NCBI RefSeq assembly: GCF_004010195.1
Contig: NC_057726.1
Location: 70,199,623-70,263,622, forward strand
Source: Chiloscyllium plagiosum
Lineage: Eukaryota
Length of the DNA: 64,000 bases
Direction of reading: 5' to 3'
Part shown: positions 13,320 through 26,489 of the stretch, piece by piece
Position numbering within the stretch: position 1 is the first letter of the stretch
Layout of the letters: each line of letters opens with the position of its first letter
Notes under the pieces: model-generated
What the model was told of the DNA's origin: nothing
What the model saw: only the letters and a program-made list of their open reading frames with translations
Database searches by the model: none
Position numbers and translations under genes: made by a program

Positions 13320-14179
13320 GTAAGTATCACCTGTCCATGTTTGTGAAATTGGTCGACCATTTTTAATGTAACCCATAATCTGGGCAAGAATGATGCTCAA
13401 AACCATAACACTAATAAGAAGTTTGTCTCTTCCAACACTGTTCAATCAATCTGACCTTAATGTTTTTCCAAATCAGTTACGATCCAATTGGGTACTTTGT
13501 AATGTAATGGCATTTCAAAAACACCCTTCATGATATTTATTCATATCTTATTCAGTTTAGTTAATGTAATAAAACCTAACTTGATGATATCAAAGTCTCT
13601 AATGTACTTGCTATGTGTAATGCCATTTTAGATAATTTATTCTATGTTCAAACAGTGGAAACAGTTGATGGTGACTGATTACGCATGGCAACATGCAACT
13701 TTGTGATGAGAGCCAGTATCTAGAAAAAGAGCTTTTGGCATTAAATGATAAAGAATAATAATTGAACTTGTAATTTCAGTGATCATTGGCAAATATTTCA
13801 TTGTCTGGGGGTGAGTTACCCTGAAAAGCCACTTCCATTGTTGGGAAATTCCTGCCTTTATGTTACTCAGGCTAATGAAGTTAACACCATAATCTGCTAA
13901 GCCATGATCATATGCAAAGTCTCCAGACTTCAGTTCTGAACAGACAACTCATCCTCCTATGTACTTTCATCTGAGACAAAGTAAGTAATGCTGATTTATT
14001 TACTTGTGGGTCATGGGTGTTGTTGGCTATCCAGCATTTATTGCCTGTCCCTAGTTTGCCTTTGAGAAGGTGGTGATGAGCTACCTTCCTGAGCTACTGC
14101 TGTGTCTACGTGGTGTAGAGAGACCCACAGTCAAGAATAAATAATTTTGACCCATCAACAGTGAAGGAACGGTGATACA

Positions 14180-16220
14180 TAGAGTCACCTGCTTCTACAG
14201 CATGGAAACAGGCCCTTCAGCTCCAAACCAGTCCATGCCAACCAAGATGTTCACCACATTTCCCAGCACTTGGCCCATATCCTTTTCAACCTTCCCTATA
14301 TCCATGTATTTGTCCAAATGACATTTAAATGTTGGTAATGTACCCACCTTAACCACTTCCGTGAGCAGCTCATTTCATATGCACAACACCCTCTATGTAA
14401 AAACATTGCCCCTCAGGTTTCCTTTTATTTTCCCCCTCTAACCTTAGCTGATGTCCTCTCGTCCTTGATTCCCCAACCCTGGGAAAAAGACTGAGTGGAT
14501 TCACTCTAACCAGGTCTTTTATGATATTATACAGTTCTATAAGTTCACCCACCACCTCAGTCTCCTATGCTCTAAAGAAAAAGTCATAGCTTGTCCAGCT
14601 TCTCACTATAACTCAGAACGTTGAGTCCAGGCAACATCCTTGTAAGTATCTTCTGCACTCTTTCCAGTTTAATAACCTGCTTTCTATAGCAAGGTGACCA
14701 AAACTGAACACAATACTCCAAATGTGGCCTCACCAATGTCCGATGTAACTACAACATGACTTCCCAACTTCTATACTCGGTGCCCTACCTGATGAAGGTC
14801 AGTGTGCCAAAAGCCTTATTCACTGCCCTGTGAATCCACTGTCAGAGAACCGTGCACCTGAACTCTAAGGGCCCTCTGTTCCACTACACTCCATAAAGCC
14901 CCACCATTCACCATGAAACTCTGACCTTGATTGGCCTTTGCAAAATACAAGACCTCACACTTATCTATATTAAACTCCATTTACCACTTCTCGGCCCACT
15001 TGTTCAGCTGATCAAGGTCCTGCTACAATTTCTGATAACCTTTCTCACTTTTCTATGATATTTCATATTTTACTGTCATCCACAATCTTTCTAATCTTGC
15101 CTCGTACTTCTCATCCAAATCAGTGATATAGATAACAAACAGCAATAGGTCCAGTCTGACCTCCAATCTGACAAGCATCCTTTCATTATTACACTCTGCT
15201 TCCCACCATCAACTCAATTGGGAATCCATTTTGCCAGCTCGCCTTGGATTCCATGTGCTGAAAATGTGTTGCTGGAAAAGCGCAGCAGGTCAGGCAACAT
15301 CCAAGGAGCAGGAGAATCGATGGTTTCGGACATGAGCCTTTCCTCAATCCTCCAACATCAAATTCGCCCCCTTGAATTCCATTTGATCTAACCTTCCAGA
15401 GCAGCATATCATGTGGAACCTTGTCAAAGGCCTTACTGAAATCCATATAGATTACATCTCCTGCCCTGCCCTGGCCAACATTCCTGGTCACTTCATCAAA
15501 GAACTTGAACAAATTTGTAAGGCACAAAGCCATGCTGACTATTCATAATCAAACCCTGTACTTACCAAATGCATATATATCTTATTCCTCAGAATCTTCT
15601 GAAGCATCTTACCTGACACTGATGTTAAACTTACTGGTCTATAGCTCCCAGGTTTTTCTTTAAAGCCTTCTTGAATAAGGGACAACATTCACAACTGTCC
15701 AGTCTTCCGGGCTAATGATGATGCAAAAATGTCTGCCAGGACCCTGCAATTTTATCTGTAGCATTTTGCAGTTTTTTGGATATACCTAGTCATGACCAGA
15801 AGATATATTAATGCACTTTTATATGTCTCATATCTCCTCTACTGTGACATGGACTGTCCCCAAGATATCACCACTAATTTGCCCAGTTCCCAAGTTTTTT
15901 ATGGTGGAGATAGAGAAGAAATATTCATTGAAGATCTCGCTCATATCCTGCCGTCCCACCCATACATGTTTCCTTTAGTACTTGAGGGGTCCTATTCTCT
16001 CTATAGTTATTCTGTTTTCTTTAATATGCTTAAATAACCTCTTTGAATTCACCCTAATTTTCTTGGCCAAGTCTTTCTCATGCCCCCACCCCCCTTTCAC
16101 CCTCCTGCTTTCCTTCTTCAGTAAACTCCAGTAAACTCCTGTATCCCCTATCTACGTCGACGGATTCCGTTCATCCCAGCTGTCTGTACATAAGCTTTGC
16201 CTCCTTCTTTTTCACATCAA
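14180..16220 (-). mobile_element. CR1-type LINE nested in the older LINE
   Basis: CLTNLFKFFDEVT..DVIYMDFSKAFDKVPH; LFPRVGESRTRGH. Confidence 0.85.
15255..15369 (-). mobile_element. Penelope pLTR fragment inserted in CR1, with ~13-bp TSD
   Basis: Flanked by CCTTGGATTCCAT (15242-15254) and CCTTGAATTCCAT (15370-15382). Confidence 0.75.
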
Positions 16221-17725
16221 GATGATGAGTGCTTAGGGGGGAACTTGCTGTTGCTGGCATTCCCATGTATCTGCCAGATGGAAGTAATCATGGGTTTGGA
16301 AATTGCTGCCAAATTATCTTGGACAATTAGCCACCGTGCATCTTGTGGATAGTACACACTACAGCAACAAAATGTTGGTGGTGGAGGTAGTGAATGCTTG
16401 TGCTTGTGATACCAAATAAGGGCAATGCTTTTTCCTGGATGGCTCCAAACGTTTTGAGTGTTGTTGGAGCTGCAACCATTCAGGCAAGCGAAGAGTATTC
16501 CATCACACTCCTGAATTGTATTTTGTAGATGGTGGACAGACTTTGGGAGTCAGGAGGGGAGATCCTCATTGAAGTATTCCTAGTGTCCTAATTGTTCTTT
16601 AAGCAATTATAATGACATGGTGAGTCCAGTTGAGTTTCTAGTCAATAGTAGGGAATTCAGTGATGGCAATTCTCCTGAATACCAAGCGGTGATGATTAAA
16701 TTGTCCCTAATTGGAGTTAACCATCGTGTGGTGTAAAGTTTACTTCCCACTTCTTAGCCTGATCTTGGATATTGTCCAGATCTTGTTGCATTTGAACATA
16801 GACCCCTTCAGAATCTGAGACATGAATAGTGCTTGCACCAAGGACACCATCCTTAGGAACATCTTCAGTGATGTCCTGGAGCTGAGATGACTGACTTCAT
16901 GCAACAATAATTATTTTCGTATATGCCAGGTATAACTCTAACCAGTGGAGAATTTGCTTCCTGGGATGCATAGATTCCAGATTTGCCTGAATCCTTGACG
17001 CCACACTCAGGCAAATATAGCCTTGACAACAAATGCTATCACTCTCACCTCACCTCTGGAATTCAGCCCCTTCATCCTTGAAACAAGGCTATAATGAGAT
17101 CAGGAACTGAGTAGCTCTGGAGGACTTCAAATAAAGTATCAGTGGGAGCTAACTGCTGACTGGTGCTGCTCGATAGCACTGATGATAATATCTTCTGTCA
17201 CTTTACTGATGGTCAAGAGCAGACTGATGTGACACTGATTGGCCAAGTTGGATTTGTCCTGCTTTTTACATACGGGGCACACTTGGGCAATTCACCATAT
17301 TGTAAGGTAGGTGCCAATGTTATAACTGAACTGGAAGAGCATGAATGGGGTTAACTTCTGAAGTACATCTTTAGTACTACTGCTGGAATGTTGTCATGGC
17401 CCATTTCCTTTGCATTATCTCGTGCCCCCAGCTATTTTGTGCTATCACGTGGAATTAATCAAATGGGCTGACGATTGTTGTTTGTGATGGTGTGGACCAA
17501 GATGGATCATCCACTTGGCATTTCTGGTGAATGATTGTGGTGAATGCTTCAGGCTTATTTCTTGCATTGATGAGTTGGCTTCTCCCATCGTTGAGGGTGG
17601 GAATATTTCTATCATCGCTGACTCCTCCAGTGAGTATTTAAATTGTCCATCACAATGCATTACTGGATATTGTAGATTGGAGTCATTGGCTGTGGGGGCA
17701 ATTAAATCATTTTAATTGCCGCTGT

Positions 17726-18040
17726 GGGCGGCACTGTGGCACAGTGGTTAGCACTGCTACCTTACAGCGCCAGCGACCCGGGTTCAATTCCCGCCTCAGG
17801 CGACTGACTGTGTGGAGTTTGCACGTTCTCCCCGTGTCTGCGTGGGTTTCCTCCGGGTGCTCCGGTTTCCTCCCACAGTCCAAAGATGTGCAGGTCAGGT
17901 GAATTGGCCATGCTAAATTGCCCGTAGTGTTAGGTAAGGGATAAATGTACGGGTATGGGTGGGTTACGCTTCGGCGGGTCGGTGTGGACATGTTGGGCCG
18001 AAGGGCCTGTTTCCACACTGTAATGTAATGTAAAAATGTA
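17726..18040 (+). mobile_element. Full-length young HE1/V-SINE-type SINE
   Basis: A/B boxes, V-domain and (TGTAA)n tail; near-identical to the 44253-44581 copy. Confidence 0.95.
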
Positions 18041-18619
18041 ACGTAATCACTTGCTGCTTTGATGCCCATTTAGTCGTGTTTGGTAGCTTTGCCATGTTGC
18101 CAACTCATTTTTAGGTCTCCCTGGTGCTGATCTTGGCATGTCCTTCTGCATTCCCTATTGAACTAGGGCTGATGATGGCAATGGAGGAGTGGCCGATATG
18201 TTGGGCTCTGAGGTTGCAAATTGTGTGAGAGTATGTTTCTGCTGATGATGATGAACCACAGAGTCTCATTATGCCCAGTATTGAGATGTTACAACTGTTT
18301 GAAGTCTGTCCCATTTAACACCGTGATAGTGCCTCACAGAACGATGGAGGGTATTCTCAATGTGTCGGTGAGGCTTCCTTTGCACAAGGTCTATGTGGTG
18401 GTCACTCTTACAGATATCGTAATTGGCTGATGCATCTGCAGCCTTCAGATTGGTAAGAATGAGGTTAAGTATGTCTTTTGCCCCTTTCTTGGTTCCTTCA
18501 CCACCTGCCGCAAACACAGTCTAACAGCGATATCCTTTCAGACCTGAACAGCTCGATTACTCGTGCAGAGCCACCCTTGGTGGTGAACATTGAAGTTTCC
18601 AAGCTTGTTCATTGAGGAC

Positions 18620-21240
18620 AAAGACAGAAATCACACAACAACAGATTATAGTCCAACAGGTTTATTTGAAATCACATGCTTTCAGAGTGTAGTCTCTTCA
18701 TCAGATAAAGGGAGAGACAGGCACACAGAATGGATGGAGAGATCAAAAACTCATGCAAATTGCGTGAGTGAAGTATTGATTAATAAGTCTCTGCAGGTAA
18801 ACAAGAGTGTGTGAGTAAATAAAAACAGCTGAAAAACAAGTAAAGAGATGGCCTATCATTTGATTAAATGACACCGCGAGATCCTTACAAAAAAATTGAA
18901 AATAAGGTGGTGCTGGAAATAAGCCAAATGACGGAAATAACATAGAAATAAACAGAAACTGTTTGAAAGGTTGAGCCAGTCTGTTGTATTGTTGTGAGAA
19001 AAAAAAACAGGAATGATCCCTAGATCCAAAATGTGAACTGTAATTTTCTTCACAGATGTGGCAAGACTTGCTAACCTATTGGCTATGCCAAGGGTATTTT
19101 GAAACTCATTGAACAAGAAAGCCCCAGCTTCTGTGGCAGCATTACACTTTTCTAACTGAAACTTAGCACCCATGGACCAATCAAATCAGAAACATTCCTT
19201 GTCACAGTGGATGTTTTGGTACTCTACTCCAGCATCCCTCACGATGATTGTATCATTGCAACAGCCTCAGTACCTAATACCAACAACTGCCAATTTCTAA
19301 TTGTCATCCTACATCTCATCCACTACTTCCTCGACTATGTCTTCACCTTCGACAACTAGTTCTCTATCCAAAAACATGGAACAGCCATGGGGACCAAATT
19401 TGCACCTCAATATACCAACATTTCATACACAACTTCGAGCAAACTTCTTCACTTTCCTGCACATATCTGCACCAGATATATCAATTATGTTTTCTTCCTT
19501 TGGATTCATGGTGAGGAATCACTGAAATGACTACTTAGCGATATCAACAAGTTTAATTCCACCATCAGAATTACCATGGTCTACTCTTTAGAACCAGTAT
19601 CATTCTTCGACACAGGCCTCTCCAGCAAGGACCGACAGCTCAGTACATCGCTCTACTCCAAGCCCCTGGATAACCACACGATGCTGCACTCTCTAGCTTC
19701 TACACTAAACATACTAAAGAAGCCATTCCCTGTAGACAAGTCCTGCGCACACACAGGATCTGCTCAAATGGTGAGGAACACAACACAAACCTAACGATAT
19801 TGAAGGGCACCCTCAGAAGAATGGAATATGGCGCACAACTCATCAAACACCAGCTCCAACATGCCACAGCAAAAAAACACAATGACATCCTCAGAAGACA
19901 GGCACAGGATACGACCAATAGAGTACCCTTCATCATCCAATCTTCCCCATAGTGGAAAGACTTGGTCACATTCTTCACAGACTTCAACATGTCCTCATTG
20001 ACAATGAGCATCTTCATCACAATCATCCCACTTCTTGCCTTCAAACAACCACCAACCCTTAATCAGACCATCATTCTCAGCCACCTTTCCAGCCTTCCGG
20101 ACAACATTGACAACAACACCACACAAACCTGTCATGGCAACCGCTGCAGGCCATGTCAGATCATTGACATGGATACTACCATCAGATGTGGGAACACAAC
20201 CCACAATGTACACAATGTACTCATGTGACTCACCCAATGTTGTCTATCTCAGAGGCTGCAGGATAGGATGCCTCAGGGCATGGGAGCTTGAAAGTCCATG
20301 CAGATGCTACAACAATGGTTAAATGGACACTGCACATTAATTGCTGTACAGGAATGATACCTCCCAGTGGGGGAACACTTCAGCAGTCAAGGACTTTCAG
20401 CTTCTGACTTCGGGTAAACATCCTCCAAGGCGGCCTTTGAGATACACAACAACGTAGAATCACTGAGCAGAAACTGGTAGCCAAGTTCCATATGCTGTAA
20501 GATGGCCTCAACCAAGACCTTGAATTCATATGACCCCCACCACACTTCTGTATCTGTGAAGCCTTCCTTAATGTCCTGGTTTGACATCATCATCTTGATA
20601 AATGGTTATGATCTCTCTGGCTTAATTAGCTTGGACAATTTTGGATTACATATTATTTTGGTTAGACCCTCAACATGCAACTCTTTTACCTATCATGTTA
20701 TTCCAGTCAAGTAAAAGCCAAACGAACTGTGGATGCTGTAAATGAAGAGCAGCATCAAGGGTTGCTGCTGGTGGTGTGGTAGGTGGTGGGTTCTAAGTGG
20801 GTCTTGCAGCATCTGTGAAGAAAAGTCAGAGTTCCCGTTTCAGGTCCAGAGACCCTTTCTCTGGCTTTTCTTTCACAGATACTGCCAGACCTGCTCGGCT
20901 TTTCCAGCGACTTCAGTTTTTGTTCTTTGTTATTCCTGCCCTTTGCTTTGTCTCCAGCACCACCTTCTTTTTTTGTAATTATCTCATTGCTCATTTCATC
21001 TGATTCTAGGTCATCCCTTCGAATGTTATTCAGCTGTTGGCACTTTAGTCACACTGTCTAACACCCTTTGTCACCTGCAAATTCTTATTATTCGACCCTC
21101 CCCTGTACCATTTGTATAATTTTTTTTATCTCTTTGCCATTGATCTCTCTGCTCATAAATGCTGCATACTGTGTGCTTCTCTCTCGCCAGCTGATGAAGG
21201 GGCCACACTCTAAAATCTTGTGATTTCAAATAAACCTGTT
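18620..21240 (+). mobile_element. Degenerate Penelope-like element (RT and GIY-YIG remnants) with inverted 5' pLTR and 3' pLTR
   Basis: Remnants include AMGTKFAP-like, FFDT..STSLYSKPLD, LLAFKQPP.L, CHGNRCRPCQ and CDSPNVVYL. 18620-18960 is an inverted copy of the 3' terminal region 20950-21240. Confidence 0.8.
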
Positions 21241-22140
21241 CAACAGCATTTGAGCAGCAGGAGAAGTGAAGTTTCGGGCATAAGCCCTTCATCAGGAATG
21301 AGGTTTGAAGGCCAGGGGCTAGGAGATACATGGCATGTGAGCGGGGCTGGGCGGGGAGGTAACTGAGAATGCAATAGGTAGATGAAGAAGGGGGAGAAGG
21401 TGATACTTCGGAGAGGAGAGTGGAGCAAATAGATGGGAAAGATGATGGACATGTAAAGAAGGTGGTGCCAAGTTGAAGGCTTGGGACTGAGATAAGTTGG
21501 GGGGAGGAGAAATGAGAAAACTAGTGAAACCCACATTAACCTCGTGTAGTTGCATGGTCCCAAGGCGGAAGGTGAGGCTTTCCTCCTCTAAGTATCGTGT
21601 GGTTAGGGTTTGGTAATGGAGGAGGCCTAAGACATGCATGTCGTTGCTAGAGTGGGAGGGGCAGTTGAAGTGTTCAGCTACAGGGCGGTAGGATTGGTTG
21701 GTGCAGGTGTTCAAGTGATGTTAACTGAAACGATCTGAATGTTCGTGTCCTGTCTCCCAGATTAGAGGGCATCACATTGGGTGTAATGGATGCAGTAGGT
21801 GACATTTGTGGAGGTACAGGAAAATTTCTGTTGGAAGTGGAAGGATCCTTTGGGGCCATGGACGAAAGTAAGGGGGGAGGTGTGGGCACAGGTTTTGCAA
21901 TCACTGTGGTGGCAGGAGAAGGTGCTGGGTGTCAGATGAGGGCTAGTGGGGTGCATAAGCCTAATGAGTGAGTTGCAAAGGGAATAGCCTGTCTGAAATG
22001 CTGATAGGGGTGGGGAGGGATATATCGCCCAAGTGTTGGGTCTGTTTGTAATTGGTGGAAGTGGTGTAGGGTGTTGCGATGTGCACAGAGGTTGGTGGAA
22101 TGGAAGATGAGGATCAGGGGGGGTTCTGTCCTTGTTGGCC
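21241..22140 (-). mobile_element. Penelope-like element 3' part (GIY-YIG and pLTR), same family as 1-1482
   Basis: CKTCAHT..GPKGSF..FSCTSTNVTYCI; PVAEHFN.PSHS..EE.L.FRLGT; hammerhead core at 21271-21295. Confidence 0.85.
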
Positions 22141-22512
22141 AATTGGCCTGTTTCCATGCAGAACAGAATCTAATCTAACTTCCAGAAGAAGTCCCTCCAT
22201 ATTGTATGCCAATGCATTGCCACCTCTGGAGGGTCTGTTATGCTAATGGGACAATGTATATGCAGAGATGGTGATGTCCATTGTTTACAGTGGAATATTT
22301 GAGCAGCATGAATGTGTGTTTTTAATGTTGGTAGAATTACTTTTAAGAACAATTCTTACAATTGTTCTTAAAAAACCTTTCTCAAATCATTGTCTTTAAA
22401 AAACAATAGAATCAAGTATAATTATCAAATGCTTAATGCAGCAAAGTCAACAGGACATCTGGTCCAATTGATGTACTTAACCTATCGACCTGGCTTTGTT
22501 TATTCATTGCAG

Positions 22513-23405
22513 TCAACCTGATGGCAGTTGTGATCCTTTCTCGGAGGAACTGCGGTCTCTCAAGATGTATCACGTGGTACCTGATAGCAATGGCGATGGC
22601 TGATTTCTTGGTTGTCACATCTGATGTTTTGCTGAGGTGGCTTATCGTGTATTTTCCAGTATCTTTCCTGGATATTACTTATGTCTGTAGTTTGGTTACA
22701 GTGTTCATTTCTGCAACCACAATGAATTCCATCTGGTTGACTGTTGCTTTCACCTTTGATCGATTTGTGGCTATTTGCTGCCAGAAGCTTAAAACTAGAT
22801 ACTGCACTGAGAAAACTGCAGCCGTGATTATTGGAACAGTGAGTGTGCTGAGCTATTTGGAAAGCATTCCCTGGTTTTTCATATTCCAATCCAAGTACAT
22901 CTTCAATAAACTGCCATGGTTTTGCATGAGCAAATCAGAGTATTCTACTTCAATCTTCTGGGCATTATACGGTGTATTACATCGACTTTTATCCCCTTTA
23001 CTTCCATGTGTTATCATTCTTCTTTTGAACACTCTGACCATCAGACATGTTTTAGTCGCAAGCAAAGCCCGCAGCAGACTCCTGAAGGACAGTGACAGGG
23101 AGAAGACCAGTGACCCAGAAATGGACAAACGCAAAAAATCCATTGTTTTACTCTTTGCTATCTCAGGCAGCTTCATTATTTTATGGACCCCTTATGTGGC
23201 ATGTTTCCTATATCGACGAATTGCAGTAATGCATAATTTTTCTCCACTTTCCCCGACTGCAGGTACTATTGGATACTTACTCCAGCTCCTCAGTACTTGC
23301 ACAAACACTTGTATATACACAGTGACCCAGAGGCAATTCCGAGAGCAGCTGAAAACAGTTCTGAAGCTCCCTTTCACGCTCATTCTCAGATCCATCAAAC
23401 AGTGA
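22513..23405 (+). CDS. GPR139/GPR142-like class A GPCR gene 1, coding exon 2 (rest of TM1 to C-terminus; 325 aa with exon 1)
   Basis: Acceptor TTCATTGCAG|; uninterrupted ORF with YLIAMAMAD (TM2), SIWLTVAFTFDRFVAIC (TM3, DRF), LLPC..ILLLNTLTI (TM5), SFIILWTP (TM6) and STCTNTCIY (TM7). Confidence 0.92.
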
Positions 23406-23616
23406 ATATAAGAGATGGCTTGCAGTGGAATTTGTTTAGATCCCATTAACTTTTGTATATCTGAGCTGAGCATCTCTGAGGCCACAATAGAGTAGAGTTT
23501 GCTGTGGGTTGTGCCCACAGCAAAGAGATCAGAGAAATTCTTTTTTCATTTTCTTTTCAAGGGTTTATCCATTTCCCCTCTGGAAGTTGCTCTTGTATTA
23601 GCCCCCACCATCCTGG

Positions 23617-23895
23617 GCAGCGTGATGTCTCAGTGGTTAGCACTGCTGATTTACAGTGTCAAGGGACCCAGATTCGATTCCAGCCTTGGGCAGTTGCCTG
23701 TATGGAGTTTGCCCATTCTTCCCATGTCTACACAGTCAAAACATTAGGTGAATTGACCATGCTAAATTTCCCACAGTGTTCAGGAATGTGTAGATTAGTT
23801 AACTATCAGATGGGGAGGTGGGTTACGCTTTGTAGGGTCAGTGTGGACCTGTTGGGCCCAGGAGCCTGTTTCCATACTGTCGGGATTCTTTGAAC
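23617..23895 (+). mobile_element. Older HE1/V-SINE-type SINE
   Basis: Diverged head CAGTGGTTAGCACTGCTG, GTATGGAGTTTGC core, 3' GCCTGTTTCCATACTG. Confidence 0.8.
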
Positions 23896-24048
23896 CTGTC
23901 AGGTAGGTTATTGCACATTGTAACAACTCAGTGAGTAAATACTTTGATTCCCATCTTCCTTCTCAATTACTTTCCACTTGTACTTTCTGGCTACTAAAAT
24001 TAAGACAGTTTGTGCGTTTTCTTCTCATTGATTATATTATGGTCTTGA

Positions 24049-24218
24049 CTACTTGTATTTAATTCGTCTTAACTGAGAACAGGCCCTATTTCTGCAGTCT
24101 CGGCGTGGACTTGTTGGGCCGAAGGGCCTGTTTCCACACTGTAATGTAATCTAATCTAATCTAATCTACTTGTATTTAATTCGTCTTAACTGAGAACAGG
24201 CCCTATTTCTGCAGTCTC
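24049..24218 (+). mobile_element. 64-bp SINE 3' tail flanked by a 53-bp direct repeat
   Basis: 24049-24101 = 24166-24218; the insert ends in (CTAAT)n; the paralogous site near 57045-57100 is empty. Confidence 0.9.
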
Positions 24219-26489
24219 ACAAGTTAACCGAAATTTCTCATCTCTGGTATAAGCAGTAAATGTCCCACACAATCTCACAAAGTCCTTTGACTTATGCTGA
24301 GCGTACAACTGAGTTTTGCATTCTCGGATACTAAGAAAAGTAATTGCAGAGATATTGGATGTATTCGTAGTAACCTTATAGGAATCCTTAGATTCATGAG
24401 AAGCCCCAGAGGATTGGAAAACTACCAACATATCACCTTTATTTTAGGTAGGGAAGGAGCCAAAGAAGTCTAAACATAGGCTCAATGTGTTTCGATTTAA
24501 ACATCTACAGGTACTCAAATTTCCTTATGGAACAGCTTGTTTTATGTGTCCTGTTCCTACAAAGCACCTTGTTTGTGAATACTCAGGGCTCTTCTCCATT
24601 TCCCTCCATATCTCTACAATCTGCATGTCTTTAAAGAAAGTACGATCTTACCTAGCTGTTCTTATTCTTGTAATGATATCAAGGGGCAAGTGGGTAGAAA
24701 AGGTTTGGGCAATAATTTCAACAACCAGCAATGATCTGATTTGATTTAATTTGATTTCCTATTGTCACATGTATCAAGATCTAGTGAAAAGTATTGTATT
24801 TGCTCTATCCAGACAAGTCATATCTTACAAAAGTACATCAGACTAACAAAAGAGAATGCAGAATGTTGTGTTACAGCTGCAGAGAAAGATTCATTTTTAT
24901 ATCAGAGCGATCCAGTCCTAAGTTGCGTGGTGCACAATTTACTTGCGACTATTTAACCCAAGTCTGGATTGAGACAACAGTTGGAAGTTTGACGGTTGTA
25001 TAAACGTTGTGATAATGAAATTGATCTGATAATTCTCTCACTGAAGGAAGACCCACATGTTTGTAGAAAGAGAGGAATGTGGACCATTGTCTCTGCAGAC
25101 ACCACCTCAATCATTTCTGGATTTTTTTTTAATAGTCACCTTAGTCCAGAGTTTCAAGATAGGTAAATGCTAGGTAGATATAGGGCTAAGGTGTCAAATA
25201 AGTAAAGTGCAAGATGTGTATGCGCCAGGCTGCCAGGAAGGTAATTTTTCAGGTATGTAGGGGGTAGGATCCCAAATAAGGTGCAACATTGGTAGTGCGC
25301 CAGGTACAGCAGCTGCCTAGATCTTAGATGGATAGGGTTATGACTGATAGCTGGGAAGAATTGCTAAAGATGGCAGGAAGGATGTGTAGAGCTACTGATG
25401 GAATGGTTAGATGGTGTCGGGTCTGGAGCAAGGGCTTGTTGGCTCTGGTGGTCAGAGTTTGTTAACTCTCAAGTAGCTATGGGGGAATATTGGGACCAGG
25501 GGTGCCAATGCATGTCTGGTCCCAGAAAACTATGGGAGATATTGGAGAAGGCAGTAGGAGATGATGGGAGTTGGATCATGTGGCTTTGGGTGCAGTGTTT
25601 TGAAGTGGTAGGTGTCCTGGATTTAACAGGATAGGTGTGGACTCAGGCTGTTGAGTTTCTCTGGGGACTGGTGAAGAGGGGATTTTGTGTGTGAGTGTAC
25701 ACGTGTTTGTGTTGTGAGGGGACTGCAAGGAGATGGAGATGCAGCAGTTGCAGATATGTGTTGTAATTTGTGAAATCGGATGATTAGTTTACTCTGGAGT
25801 CCGATTTGTTGTTCAATAGTCTAATGTTTCCTCAGACACTATTTACTCAACTGCAGCCGACCACCTAAATTCTCCAAGATAAACTGACACTTTCAGACGG
25901 TTCCCAGCATATCTGTTTTCCTTATATGATGACCTCTTCAATCAATCGATAAACCATGACTGCGCCAGAGTTCAGCTCGGCACAAAGCCGTGTACAAACG
26001 GTTGGGAACTTTAACATCGTTTTCCTCTCAAAGAGACTCTTAAAAATCTAGTTGACAAATGTTCTCGTCCTCTGACCCAATGTTATTTTCACTTGTTGCA
26101 TTGTTCCGTTTTAAAATGCATCACTGAGGGTTTGTTCAATTCTGTTAACAGCCCTAAACATATACGTGACTTCTTACTGGATTGCTGGTTTGCAGGAAGT
26201 GCCTGTTCATATACCAAGCTCACTAAATTATTAATTTCACTCGAATCACTGCAAGTGATTGAACTCCGAGAGGGCTTTTATGTAATAATATGTTTCTAAA
26301 TCATACCAGATGGTGGAAGGAATTTGAAATGATTAATAGCTGAAGAGTGTTCAAGCTAATGAATAACAAACAGTATGTTATTTCTGTTTCGAGTCATTAA
26401 AAAAAGTTCCTTATTATTTATGACGTGCAGTTGTGATCGTAAATATACAAGGCTAAGGGCCAGGTGCTGGAAAATGGGATTGAAAGACT

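Larger units (their letters stand above)
13995..18600 (-). mobile_element. Long degenerate CR1/L2-clade LINE interrupted by nested insertions
   Basis: 3' tail at about 14000-14180; RT/endonuclease remnants at 16220-17720 and 18045-18600 (DILNLILTNL..KSDHH). Confidence 0.7.

Noticed and set aside
17726-17800. tRNA genes
   Set aside because: The A/B-box sequences are SINE heads continuing into SINE bodies.
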